In this document: positions 18,115 to 26,963 of the stretch, piece after piece
How positions within the stretch are numbered: the stretch's first letter is position 1
Layout of the letters: each line of letters opens with the position of its first letter
DNA from: an uncultured Erysipelotrichaceae bacterium
GTDB lineage: Bacteria; Bacillota_I; Bacilli_A; Erysipelotrichales; Erysipelotrichaceae
Length of the DNA stretch: 32,000 nucleotides
Assembly: GCA_942493105.1 (NCBI GenBank)
Contig: OW818668.1
Coordinates: forward strand, 1,740,001 to 1,772,000
Reading direction: 5' to 3'
Notes under the pieces: generated by a model
The model's database searches: none
What the model was told of the DNA's origin: nothing
The model's input: only the letters and a program-made list of their open reading frames with translations
Position numbers and translations under genes: made by a program

Positions 18115-18120
18115 AGATAA

Positions 18121-18205
18121 TGGTGGGGAGAGACGGATTCGAACCGCCGAACTCGTAGAGAATTGATTTACAGTCAACCGCGTTTAGCCACTTCGCTATC
18201 TCCCC
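18121..18205 (-). tRNA. tRNA-Tyr (anticodon GUA), with long variable arm
   Basis: GGGGAGATAGCGAAGTGGCTAAACGCGGTTGACTGTAAATCAATTCTCTACGAGTTCGGCGGTTCGAATCCGTCTCTCCCCACCA. Anticodon loop is CTGTAAA. It is 85 nt with a type-II variable arm, as expected for bacterial Tyr. Confidence 0.92.
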
Positions 18206-18220
18206 AAACTAGTATGCCAA

Positions 18221-18296
18221 TGGTGCCGACCACAGGACTTGAACCCGCAACCTACTGATTACAAATCAGTTGCTCTACCAGTTGAGCTAGGTCGGC
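18221..18296 (-). tRNA. tRNA-Thr (anticodon UGU)
   Basis: GCCGACCTAGCTCAACTGGTAGAGCAACTGATTTGTAATCAGTAGGTTGCGGGTTCAAGTCCTGTGGTCGGCACCA. Anticodon loop is TTTGTAA. Confidence 0.93.
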
Positions 18297-18303
18297 ACAG
18301 ATA

Positions 18304-18379
18304 TGGTGGAGGCTGAGGGGCTCGAACCCCCGACCCTCTGCTTGTAAGGCAGACGCTCTCCCAGCTGAGCTAAGCCTCC
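18304..18379 (-). tRNA. tRNA-Val (anticodon UAC)
   Basis: GGAGGCTTAGCTCAGCTGGGAGAGCGTCTGCCTTACAAGCAGAGGGTCGGGGGTTCGAGCCCCTCAGCCTCCACCA. Anticodon loop is CTTACAA. Confidence 0.93.
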
Positions 18380-18400
18380 ATACCCATCAAGTGCCTTATA

Positions 18401-18430
18401 ACTATATCATAGTGCGTGATTTATAGTCAA
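18401..18430 (-). promoter_or_regulatory. Candidate promoter of the six-tRNA operon (TTGACT-18 nt-TATAGT)
   Basis: The reverse strand reads TTGACT (18430-18425), an 18-nt spacer, then TATAGT (18406-18401). This lies about 21 nt upstream of the tRNA-Val 5' end. Confidence 0.55.
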
Positions 18431-18467
18431 TAATAAACTCGGCTTTATTTATTTAAATGAGGGTAGA

Positions 18468-18476
18468 TGCTATAAT
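18468..18476 (+). promoter_or_regulatory. Extended -10 promoter element (TGcTATAAT) for the membrane-protein/alr unit
   Basis: TG at 18468-18469 and TATAAT at 18471-18476. It lies downstream of the track's ATG at 18457, which supports the start at 18499. Confidence 0.45.
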
Positions 18477-18498
18477 AGAAAAAAGTCAGAGGTACCTT

Positions 18499-18915
18499 AT
18501 GCTTAAAGTCTTTAATACACATGCACTCAACTCCAAGCAACGCTTTGCTAGAGCAATCCTAGTAGGTAGTGTGACCGCGTTGGTTCTTGCCTTGGTCTAT
18601 GGATTGATTTTTAGATCGATTCCCATTGTTTATATTGGGATTGGATGGGTCATAGGAATGGCGATCCAAAAATATGGACGCGGGGTTCAACCTAAATTCT
18701 CCTATTTGGCAGCTGGTTTAATGGTTGTTTGTATACTATTAGGAGACTTGCTTGGGTTTTTTGGGATCGGTATCTTGCTTAATCCAGTTGCCTTAGTTCA
18801 ATTCATTATTCCCGTGATTACCTTTAACTTTCAATCTAATCCTTCGATCTTGATTGGCTTGATGTTTAAGGTCTTTGGTATCTATATGGCTTATACGAAG
18901 GCTAGGATCGTCTAA
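18499..18915 (+). CDS. Small 4-TM membrane protein, unknown function
   Basis: 138 aa from MLKVFNTHAL, with RBS AGAGG 7 nt upstream and four hydrophobic segments. Its stop overlaps the alr ATG (TAATG). Confidence 0.6.
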   Translation: MLKVFNTHALNSKQRFARAILVGSVTALVLALVYGLIFRSIPIVYIGIGWVIGMAIQKYGRGVQPKFSYLAAGLMVVCILLGDLLGFFGIGILLNPVALVQFIIPVITFNFQSNPSILIGLMFKVFGIYMAYTKARIV

Positions 18916-20027
18916 TGCGTTATTATCGTGATACTTGGGCCGATATCGATCTGGATGCCCTCCAATACAACATCGATTCCCTTCAAAGACATCACCAAAA
19001 AGGCTTGATCGCCATCATCAAAGCCAATGCTTACGGCCATGGTGATGACATGATCGCTAAGAAAGCATTGGCCAGTGGGGCTAAGATTTTAGCCGTATCT
19101 TCGCTGGACGAAGCTTTATCACTCAGATATAAACACATCAAAGGACCTATCTTGGTTTTAGGTCATGTATCCCCTAGTGATATCCATGTGGCGATTGCAG
19201 AAAAAATAAGTGTAACCGTGACTTCTTATGCATGGGCCAAAGCCATCCTTCATGAAGATCTAAAAGGTTTGGTGGCCCATCTTAAAATCGATACTGGTAT
19301 GAATCGTATGGGTTTAAAAACCTTGGAAGAAGTGATGGAAGTCCTGCATGACTTTGATCAAGCCGGCGTCATTACGGAAGGCCTATATACCCATTTTGCC
19401 AGTAGCGATGATCCGCTAGAAACTCAGACTCAAGCTCAATATGAATTGTTTGAAACGATGTTTCATCAAATCAATCGTTCCTTTAAATGGATCCATTGCT
19501 CAAACAGTGATGCGGCCATTCATTTTGATACCCCTTTATGCAATGCCGTCAGAATAGGTTTGGCTTTGTTTGGTTATTCATCCTTTGAATTTGATCTTAA
19601 ACCAGTCATGACGTTAAAGACAAAGCTGGTCAATGTTAAAACGATCCAAGCTGGAGAAACCGTTAGTTATGGAGCTACTTATACTGCCAAACAACCCGAA
19701 ATCATTGCGACGATCCCCATTGGATATGCGGATGGTTGGAATCGTAAACACCAAGGCGATGTTTGCTACATTGGAAATTCAGCCTGTGAATTCATCGGTC
19801 GTATCTGTATGGATCAATGTATGATACGACTTGATCAACTCTATCCAGAAGGCACAGAAGTTGAGCTATTGGGCAAAAAAGCAAGCATCTATCCGATGTC
19901 CAAACATCTTGAAACGATCCCCTATGAGATCTTAACCCAGCTCAGTGATCGTATCCCAAAGGTTTACCTTGAGAAAGGCAAACCCATTAATACAATTAAT
20001 CCACGATTGATAAAAAAAGAAGATTGA
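18915..20027 (+). CDS. alr: Alanine racemase
   Basis: It has the PLP-lysine motif IIKANAYGHG, the start RxTWAEIDL (here RDTWADIDLDAL), HLKIDTGMNRMG, and the C-terminal PIGYADGW...GRICMDQ catalytic Tyr region. Confidence 0.92.
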   Translation: MRYYRDTWADIDLDALQYNIDSLQRHHQKGLIAIIKANAYGHGDDMIAKKALASGAKILAVSSLDEALSLRYKHIKGPILVLGHVSPSDIHVAIAEKISVTVTSYAWAKAILHEDLKGLVAHLKIDTGMNRMGLKTLEEVMEVLHDFDQAGVITEGLYTHFASSDDPLETQTQAQYELFETMFHQINRSFKWIHCSNSDAAIHFDTPLCNAVRIGLALFGYSSFEFDLKPVMTLKTKLVNVKTIQAGETVSYGATYTAKQPEIIATIPIGYADGWNRKHQGDVCYIGNSACEFIGRICMDQCMIRLDQLYPEGTEVELLGKKASIYPMSKHLETIPYEILTQLSDRIPKVYLEKGKPINTINPRLIKKED

Positions 20028-20040
20028 ATCTTCTTTTTTA
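20012..20040. terminator. AT-rich palindrome between convergent alr and guaA; candidate bidirectional terminator
   Basis: aaaaaagaaga (20013-20023) pairs with tcttctttttt (20029-20039). The alr stop TGA (20025-20027) sits in the loop, and the guaA stop (20038-20040) sits in the right arm. Only 2 GC pairs. Confidence 0.5.
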
Positions 20041-21570
20041 CTCCCATTCGATGGTGGCTGGTGGTTTAGAGGTGACATCTAAGATGATCCGATTGATGCC
20101 TCTGACTTCATTGATGATTCTGTTGGATATCTTATCTAAAACATCATAAGGGATTTTCGCATAATCGGCGGTCATCCCATCGATACTGGTCACGGCACGT
20201 ATGCCTAAGGCATAATCATAGGTTCTTTGATCGCCCATGACGCCAACAGAGCGAATGTTGGTCAATACGGTAAAATACTGCCAGATCTCACGATCCAGTC
20301 CAGCTTTTTTGATTTCTTCATGTAAGATCGCATCGCTTATTCTTACGATATCACACTTTGCTTCTGTGACTTCACCAATAATTCTGATCGCTAAACCAGG
20401 TCCTGGAAAAGGTTGACGATAGACCCAAGATTCATCTAGTCCTAATAGTAATCCTAAAGCTCTAACTTCATCTTTAAACAAGGTGTTCAAGGGTTCGATC
20501 AGTTTGAACTGAATGTCTTTTGGTAAGCCTCCCACATTATGATGAGATTTGATGGTTTGAGCAGAGTGCGTACCTGATTCAATGATGTCGGTATATAAGG
20601 TGCCTTGAGCCAACCATTTGATGTGTGATAATTTTTTAGATTCTGATTCGAAGACACGAATAAACTCTTCACCGATGATCTTACGTTTACGTTCTGGATC
20701 TTCCACTCCCTGAAGTTTGGTTAAAAACCGTTCTTTCGCATCAATGGAGATCAAGTTGACCCCAAAGAACTCTTTAAAGGTCTTTTCGACTTGAACGCCT
20801 TCATTGAGTCTCATCAAACCATGATCCACAAACATACAGGTCAGTTGAGGTCCAATAGCTTTGTGGAGTAATGCTGCCACAACGGCAGAATCGACTCCCC
20901 CGCTCAACGCACATAAGACTTGATCATCATGAACCAACTCTTGGATCTCTTTTATTTTTTGATCGATGAAGGAGTTTAAATTCCAGTACTTTTCAGCTTT
21001 ACAGACCTTAAAGACGAAATTACTGAGCCATTGATTTCCGTAAGCCGTATGACGGACTTCCGGATGAAATTGTAAGGCATACAAGGCTTTTTCTTCATGA
21101 CTCATGACGGCTAAGATACCGTTACTGCTAAACGCATCGGCTCTAAAACCATTGGGCACTTGGGCAACATGATCCCCATGACTCATCCATACTTGCTGAT
21201 CAGAGGGTAAAGCAGAACTTAAAGAAGAATGATGATCAATTTGGATCTGTGATTTGCCATATTCTTTGATGGCTGACGATTTGACAGATCCACCCAATTG
21301 ATGAGCCATCAACTGCATTCCGTAACAAATCCCTAAAATGGGAAGCCCTAACTCATAGACTTGCGGATCGATGCTTAAAGTCGGTTCATCATAAACAGAA
21401 TTAGGTCCTCCTGAAAACACAATGCCTTTGATGTCTTTATCTAGTTTAAAAACAGATAATGGGGTATTGTGCGGCAACAATTCACTATAAACACCCATTT
21501 CGCGAATTCGACGGGCAATCAACTGATTGTATTGGCTTCCAAAATCTAAGACGATGATTTTATCGGCCAC
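20038..21570 (-). CDS. guaA: GMP synthase (glutamine-hydrolysing)
   Basis: [20 protein letters not shown], the GATase catalytic GICYGMQ, the ATP-PPase loop SGGVDSAV, and the C-terminal PPATIEWE. The start is ambiguous. GTG at 21570 has AGGAGG 12 nt upstream. ATG at 21603 has no RBS. Either start overlaps the 3' end of guaB. Confidence 0.92.
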   Translation of the reverse strand: MADKIIVLDFGSQYNQLIARRIREMGVYSELLPHNTPLSVFKLDKDIKGIVFSGGPNSVYDEPTLSIDPQVYELGLPILGICYGMQLMAHQLGGSVKSSAIKEYGKSQIQIDHHSSLSSALPSDQQVWMSHGDHVAQVPNGFRADAFSSNGILAVMSHEEKALYALQFHPEVRHTAYGNQWLSNFVFKVCKAEKYWNLNSFIDQKIKEIQELVHDDQVLCALSGGVDSAVVAALLHKAIGPQLTCMFVDHGLMRLNEGVQVEKTFKEFFGVNLISIDAKERFLTKLQGVEDPERKRKIIGEEFIRVFESESKKLSHIKWLAQGTLYTDIIESGTHSAQTIKSHHNVGGLPKDIQFKLIEPLNTLFKDEVRALGLLLGLDESWVYRQPFPGPGLAIRIIGEVTEAKCDIVRISDAILHEEIKKAGLDREIWQYFTVLTNIRSVGVMGDQRTYDYALGIRAVTSIDGMTADYAKIPYDVLDKISNRIINEVRGINRIILDVTSKPPATIEWE

Positions 21571-22699
21571 GGTAGTTCGGTGCCTCCTTGACGATGTCGA
21601 CATCGTGCGGATGAGATTCATTGAGACCGGCATTGGTGATTTTTACAAATCGGGCTTCATTTTTTAATCGTGTGATGTTTTCGCATCCGACATAACCCAT
21701 GCCTGATCTTAATCCACCCATCATTTGATAGATGACATCAGCGATTGGACCTTTATACGGTACCGTTGCTTCTATGCCTTCTGGTACCAATTTATTGAGT
21801 TCTTTTTGTCCACCTTGGAAGTATCGATCAGAGGATCCTCTTTGCATGGCACTTAAGGAACCCATTCCAACATAGGACTTGACTTTCTTTCCATATACTT
21901 CAACCACTTCACCGGGTGTTTCTTCACATCCTGCCAATAATCCACCCAACATGACCGCATCTGCCCCAGCTGCTAACGCTTTGACGATATCGCCTGAAAA
22001 CTTGATCCCACCATCCGCAATGATGCTTACCCCTTTTTCTTTACAGACTTGATAGACATCATTGATGGCTGTGATTTGAGGAACACCGACCCCCGCAATG
22101 ACTCTGGTGGTACATATGGAACCAGGTCCGACACCAACTTTAACGATACTGGCTCCGGCTTCAATCAATGCCAAAGCCGCCGCACCGGTGACGATATTAC
22201 CACCGATCAAGGTTAATTCTGGATATAGGGCATGGATTTTTTTAATGGAATCTAAGACACCTTTGGAGTGACCATGGGCAGAATCCACGGCGATCACGTC
22301 GATTTCAGCTGCGACAAGCGCTTTGACGCGTTCAAGAGTTTCACTGGAGACGCCAACAGCAGCCCCTACCAACAATCTTCCTGAGGCATCACAAGCTGCT
22401 TTCAAAGGATCCAAAACGGGTGCCTTCTTAACGGTTTCAACCATCAAGGCTTGCTGTTTGATCGATAAATTTTTATGTAAGATGCCTAATCCACCTGCAT
22501 TGGCCAAAGCAATGGCCATCACATCTTCAGTGACTGTATCCATCGCAGCTGACAGTAAAGGAACATTTAATTTAATCTTATCAGTCAAGGTCGTTTTCAA
22601 GTCGACATTGGCGGGTACGACGGTAGAATAGGCTGGTATCAGCATCAGATCATCAAAGGTATACCCTTCTTTCACCAATTTCCCGTATAAGTTGTCCAT
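21560..22699 (-). CDS. guaB: IMP dehydrogenase, naturally lacking the CBS/Bateman subdomain
   Basis: [24 protein letters not shown], the catalytic loop [11 protein letters not shown], the flap GSSDRYFQ...[13 protein letters not shown], and the C-terminal KEAPNY. It is only 379 aa. Between [18 protein letters not shown] and [10 protein letters not shown] there is a 14-residue linker where the ~110-aa tandem CBS domain normally sits. Confidence 0.9.
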   Translation of the reverse strand: MDNLYGKLVKEGYTFDDLMLIPAYSTVVPANVDLKTTLTDKIKLNVPLLSAAMDTVTEDVMAIALANAGGLGILHKNLSIKQQALMVETVKKAPVLDPLKAACDASGRLLVGAAVGVSSETLERVKALVAAEIDVIAVDSAHGHSKGVLDSIKKIHALYPELTLIGGNIVTGAAALALIEAGASIVKVGVGPGSICTTRVIAGVGVPQITAINDVYQVCKEKGVSIIADGGIKFSGDIVKALAAGADAVMLGGLLAGCEETPGEVVEVYGKKVKSYVGMGSLSAMQRGSSDRYFQGGQKELNKLVPEGIEATVPYKGPIADVIYQMMGGLRSGMGYVGCENITRLKNEARFVKITNAGLNESHPHDVDIVKEAPNYRGR

Positions 22700-22721
22700 A
22701 TGTCCTCCTGTTATTTGAATG

Positions 22722-22730
22722 ATTATATCA
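22722..22730 (-). promoter_or_regulatory. Extended -10 promoter element (TGaTATAAT) for guaB-guaA
   Basis: The reverse strand reads TGATATAAT, about 22 nt upstream of the guaB ATG and immediately after the upstream terminator. Confidence 0.45.
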
Positions 22731-22754
22731 AAAAACCCCTTGGGTTAAAAGGGG
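22731..22754 (-). terminator. Intrinsic terminator after the SpoU-methyltransferase gene
   Basis: Minus sense reads cccctt-ttaaccc-aagggg followed by tttttt, starting directly after the stop codon. Confidence 0.7.
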
Positions 22755-23480
22755 TCATCGTCTTTGTCTTGCGACTTCAAAACACAATACAGCGGTCGCA
22801 CTGACCGCATTAAGCGCTACTTTGAGATCCGTTGGATACGTGATCATCACCGCATGATCCATTTGTGCCATCACGGCCGATGATAATCCGCGCATTTCTC
22901 CACCAATGCCCAAACAAACATTTTGTTTAAAATCAAAGTCAAGATAATCGATTGAAGTTTCATTGCGATACGTTATCGCAAAAGTATAGTTGTGTTGTTT
23001 TAAGGTTTGGATGCATTTTGTCAGATCATCTTCCATGATGAGATCGATCGCATCAAACAAACCGGCACTGCTTTTCATCAAGGTCGATTGGGATGTTTCA
23101 AGTTGGCGGCTCCCCATCAAGATCGCATCAACACCTGCGATTGCAGCGGTTCTAAAGATCTGACCCAGATTAAAGGGATCTTCAATGCCTTCAACCAACA
23201 GGATGAATCCTTTCTCTTTTTTTATAACGGATTCTAGTGAAGATAAGGTCCTGTCTTGAGCTAACGCAATCAAACCACCATGTGTCTTGCCTTGAGCATG
23301 TTTTAAAATATCTGCCATTGAGACTCGCTTAAACATCACCCCTTCTTTGTGACACAGGTTTTCAATATACACGAGATCTTTGCTGGGTTTCTTGGTTTCA
23401 TCCAAGTAAACCACATCGACTTTACGACGATGATACTTTAATGCAGCTTTGATCGATAAAGCCCCTTCTAATACGATCAT
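22755..23480 (-). CDS. SpoU/TrmH-family RNA 2'-O-methyltransferase (RlmB-like)
   Basis: SPOUT motifs VEGIEDPFNLGQIFRTAAIAGV, GIGGEMRGLS and ALNAVSATAVLCFE. The N-terminal domain is substrate-binding-like. The ATG overlaps the upstream gene's stop (ATGA, 23477-23480). Confidence 0.85.
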   Translation of the reverse strand: MIVLEGALSIKAALKYHRRKVDVVYLDETKKPSKDLVYIENLCHKEGVMFKRVSMADILKHAQGKTHGGLIALAQDRTLSSLESVIKKEKGFILLVEGIEDPFNLGQIFRTAAIAGVDAILMGSRQLETSQSTLMKSSAGLFDAIDLIMEDDLTKCIQTLKQHNYTFAITYRNETSIDYLDFDFKQNVCLGIGGEMRGLSSAVMAQMDHAVMITYPTDLKVALNAVSATAVLCFEVARQRR

Positions 23481-24676
23481 TGTTCTTCCTTTCTGCGGAT
23501 AAAGTCGCCTTGTTGCACATCAACAGGAATCCTCATCGTAATCTTGGATAAAGGTTTGTTGATCATCGATAAGTCTTGACCCGTTTCATCACACATCCTA
23601 TCCAATACAAAACTTTCTGTTAACCGTTGTGGACTAAATACTTCTAAGGTTTGACCTAATGATACTTTATTTCTGATTTCGATGATGGCTTCTTCACCGT
23701 TGACTTCAAGGACCGTCCCAATAAAGTTTTGAACCACACTGTCTTCTTGGGTGACATAGACTTGACCATTTTGATCTGGGATGGCTCTTAAGAAACCGCC
23801 AAAGGTCAAGCGATTTTCAGCCATTCTTATTTCTTGTTTCAAGTGTTGCTTCAAAGAAGAATTGGCTGAACCACTCACCAAGGCATCGATCCATGTCCGA
23901 TACGTTTTAACGATGACTGCGATATAATAAGCCGATTTCATACGGCCTTCGATTTTAAAACTGATGACGCCTGCTTTGATCATGTCTTCAATGTCATCCA
24001 GTGTTTCCAAGTCTTTGGAGCCCATGGTAAAGGGATTGTCTTTAAGACTGATGATTTCATCAAGGTGTGTCAATTCATAGGTCCACCGACACGATTGAGC
24101 ACAACCGCCACGATTCGCATCACGCAAAGTCATATCGTTACTTAAGGTGCAGCGTCCTGAAAAATTCGTACACATTCCTCCATGAATAAAGACTTCTGTC
24201 GGGAGTTGAGAAGTGCTGGAAATCTTGGCGATCGAATCCAAATCCAATTCACGCGCCAATACGATTCGATCGACCCCATGGGATTTATAATAAGCGATCG
24301 TCGCAGAATTGGTCACGGATAATTGGGTACTTAAATGCACTTCATAGGAGCACTTCAAGGTTTGTGCCAATTGGGCAATATATAGTGATGCCACGATGAT
24401 CGCATCGACTTTGATTCGCTCAAGTTCAAGCAAGTATACTTCAAGCTCGACCATGTCTTCTTCATGGGCGATCATATTGACCGTCACATAAAGCTTTTTA
24501 CCTAAGTCATGAGCAAAGTCAGCCGCTTCTTTAAGATCTGCAAGTTCAAAATTACTGGCTCTTGCCCGTAGTGAAAAACGCTTACCTCCGACATAAACCG
24601 CATCTGCCCCATATCGATAAGCCACTTTAGCCCGTGCTAAATCACCGGCTGGAGCCAGGAGTTCGATCTTGGTCAT
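23477..24676 (-). CDS. Peptidase-U32 family protein, YrrO/TrhP2-like
   Basis: ELLAPAGD...GADAVYVGG...RARASNF, YVTVN, the conserved Cys region GGMCTNFSGRC and FKIEGRMKS are U32 hallmarks. The ATG overlaps the upstream gene's stop (24673-24676). Confidence 0.88.
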   Translation of the reverse strand: MTKIELLAPAGDLARAKVAYRYGADAVYVGGKRFSLRARASNFELADLKEAADFAHDLGKKLYVTVNMIAHEEDMVELEVYLLELERIKVDAIIVASLYIAQLAQTLKCSYEVHLSTQLSVTNSATIAYYKSHGVDRIVLARELDLDSIAKISSTSQLPTEVFIHGGMCTNFSGRCTLSNDMTLRDANRGGCAQSCRWTYELTHLDEIISLKDNPFTMGSKDLETLDDIEDMIKAGVISFKIEGRMKSAYYIAVIVKTYRTWIDALVSGSANSSLKQHLKQEIRMAENRLTFGGFLRAIPDQNGQVYVTQEDSVVQNFIGTVLEVNGEEAIIEIRNKVSLGQTLEVFSPQRLTESFVLDRMCDETGQDLSMINKPLSKITMRIPVDVQQGDFIRRKEEQ

Positions 24677-25557
24677 ACTTTTTCCTTACTCAGGTTGGTT
24701 TTGCGATAGAAGTAACCTTTAAATAAAGGCAAATTATAGTTTTTATAAAAATCATCAATCTTATTTAAATCATGAGATTTCAGTTGATCAACAAGTATCT
24801 CAAAGTAGGCAGTGGCATATTCCTTATTTATAAACAAAGGATCAAAATGTATTCCAAAACATTGAGCCTCTTTGATTTGAGGCAATTCTTCGAGTGGATT
24901 TAAGATCCTTTGCGTAAAGACACAAAAAGTTGTTGCTTCTTCTAGGATCGGCATTTTTTCTGATCGTTTCAGTTCACGTAAACGAAAATCTGTTTGATTA
25001 AGAGTGGTTTGTTCTTTATGAATCAGTGAAAGATAATTACTCAACAAAGGCCGTTTACTGACCGACATCTGTAAATGCCCTGCCCCAAAGATCTCAACTC
25101 GATTTGGAAATGCCTTACAAATCACTAAAATTTCTTCCAGAGTCAGTTCTTTTGAAATCATCACACGATTAACGGATTCCAGATACGTTCTGACTTCAAA
25201 GGTATTGGTTAAAATGGTCTCAGGCGCAAAGATCTTTTCACCAGGATAGCCCAGTTCATTGAGAAACATCAATACCGAAAGATCTGCGAAATAAAACCCT
25301 TGGATGGGATAATCCATGAGATCTTTGATCCATGGCTTTAAACCTTCGAGTTGGTGTTCTTCTATGAATCCATTGATTTCAATGTATGTTGGAAGTTGCT
25401 GAGCCAAACAAACTTTCAATATCTTCCAGAATTCAGCTTTGGTTTGAAGGTGTGGATGCTTATAAGAATACACAGGTTCTGTGATGATGACTGAGATGTT
25501 TTGATCATGAATGATGTCTATCTGATCAAAATGATGAATATGAGTGAGTATTCTCAC
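24673..25557 (-). CDS. Peptidase-U32 family protein, short YrrN/TrhP1-like paralogue
   Basis: The 294-aa central segment ISKELTLEEI...VEIFGAGHLQMSVSKRPLLSNY and the C-terminal GYFYRKT resemble the short U32 partner found next to YrrO-type genes. It uses a GTG start 1 nt after the MFS stop, with GAGG 6 nt upstream. Confidence 0.75.
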   Translation of the reverse strand: MRILTHIHHFDQIDIIHDQNISVIITEPVYSYKHPHLQTKAEFWKILKVCLAQQLPTYIEINGFIEEHQLEGLKPWIKDLMDYPIQGFYFADLSVLMFLNELGYPGEKIFAPETILTNTFEVRTYLESVNRVMISKELTLEEILVICKAFPNRVEIFGAGHLQMSVSKRPLLSNYLSLIHKEQTTLNQTDFRLRELKRSEKMPILEEATTFCVFTQRILNPLEELPQIKEAQCFGIHFDPLFINKEYATAYFEILVDQLKSHDLNKIDDFYKNYNLPLFKGYFYRKTNLSKEKV

Positions 25558-25558
25558 C

Positions 25559-26866
25559 TTAAGCCTCTAGATACGCTTGTGAGCGTTTATTGAAGACAAG
25601 TAGCACAAAGATGACAGCACACACAGAAACCACGCTTAACCATCCGAAAACGGTCTGATAGCGTTCACCTGCAGAGAGACTAGGATCAACCAAACCGGTC
25701 AATAAAGCATAGATCTTATCCCCATAATAAATCCCTACCGCAAAGAAAGTTTGATAGATGCCCATGGTAACTTCACGCATCCCACTTTTAAAAGGTTGCA
25801 TGGCCATACCCAATAAGACATTATAGGTCAAGCCATACCCAAAGCCATTTAGCGCATTGAGCCAAAACAAAGTCGTAGGATCGGTGATTGTAGAAGCCAA
25901 TAAAGTAAATATTCCACTCAGTGATAAACCTAAAATCAAAGTATTTTTAACTCCGATCTTTTTCTTAAGGACGATTCCAACCAATACACCTGCAACCAAC
26001 TGCGATATGGAAAACACCAATTCTACATAGGCGATCAGAAGCGGACTCATCGAGATCAGTTCTGTTTTTGCGAAATTATTCATATTGGAACCCGATGAGG
26101 CAAAACGAACAAAGGATACCACGATGCCCATCAAACTAAGTAATAAAAAATAAGGATTGGTCAGTGCGCTTTTAACATTGATCCAGGTAAAATTACGTGT
26201 CGGTTTTTTATTGTCTTTGACAAAGACCAAAAACACCAAAGCCAAAGCCGATAAAACAGCACTGATCGTCCACATGAATCCATAATCAATGGGTTTATTA
26301 GAAGTTGCCAGATACTGTAAAGGCGACATCAAGAACTCTGCCAACAAAGGCGCAACTGATAACACAGAGACTGAAAAAATGGCTTGTTCAGCTGAAAAAG
26401 TTTCCGCAAACATAACATTGAATAAACTCAATAAACTGGCGCCAATACCCAGTGCTAACGATGACCAATATAAACTTTCATACGATGGATCTATGATGAC
26501 CAAGATCGAAGATCCAAACACAAAGAGTAAAGCCAAGGCAATGAAAAATTTACGGCTCTTAAAAAAATCTGAGAGCGCAAAAACAGGCAACCTCACAAAG
26601 ATCGAAATCAACCCATAGGCTGCGGCCATGGTTGCGGCAGCTGCCCCATCTAAACCAAGTCCCCCATCCGCAATCGTTCCCGTCGCATAATTTTTTCGAT
26701 AGGCTCGAATGATATTGATGGCACTCCAAAACAGAACCAATAAGATAAACAAAAAGACTTGATATCGACTCAGTTTATATTTCTTGATTAAATAAACACT
26801 TAGTAAGAGCGTTAGGATGATCGTCAATCCGATCAGGATCAGTTTGTTGGACAAAAGTGCAGTCAT
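25559..26866 (-). CDS. MFS-type transporter
   Basis: 435 aa with about 12 hydrophobic helices arranged as two six-helix halves, separated by a basic loop (FVKDNKKPTRNF). No substrate can be inferred. Confidence 0.8.
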   Translation of the reverse strand: MTALLSNKLILIGLTIILTLLLSVYLIKKYKLSRYQVFLFILLVLFWSAINIIRAYRKNYATGTIADGGLGLDGAAAATMAAAYGLISIFVRLPVFALSDFFKSRKFFIALALLFVFGSSILVIIDPSYESLYWSSLALGIGASLLSLFNVMFAETFSAEQAIFSVSVLSVAPLLAEFLMSPLQYLATSNKPIDYGFMWTISAVLSALALVFLVFVKDNKKPTRNFTWINVKSALTNPYFLLLSLMGIVVSFVRFASSGSNMNNFAKTELISMSPLLIAYVELVFSISQLVAGVLVGIVLKKKIGVKNTLILGLSLSGIFTLLASTITDPTTLFWLNALNGFGYGLTYNVLLGMAMQPFKSGMREVTMGIYQTFFAVGIYYGDKIYALLTGLVDPSLSAGERYQTVFGWLSVVSVCAVIFVLLVFNKRSQAYLEA

Positions 26867-26936
26867 AGGATTCCCCTTAATGTGTTCATTTTATAGTATT
26901 CAAGACTAAAAATAAAGCGCTTCGTTAAAGTGAGCA

Positions 26937-26945
26937 TGTTATAAT
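26937..26945 (+). promoter_or_regulatory. Extended -10 promoter element (TGtTATAAT) for ltaE
   Basis: TG at 26937-26938 and TATAAT at 26940-26945, 18 nt upstream of the ATG. RBS AAGGTGA. Confidence 0.4.
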
Positions 26946-26963
26946 TTTCAAAAAGGTGATTCT

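Noticed and set aside
17921-18115. 64-aa ORF on the minus strand
   Set aside because: It is entirely composed of tRNA-Gly, tRNA-Lys and tRNA-Gln sequence, so it is an artefact of translating structured RNA genes.
21560-22699. Alternative call of GMP reductase (GuaC) for the short IMPDH-family protein
   Set aside because: The long flap (GSSDRYFQ...VPEGIE..VPYKG), the C-terminal KEAPNY tail and the operon with guaA are IMPDH features. GuaC proteins are shorter and lack them.
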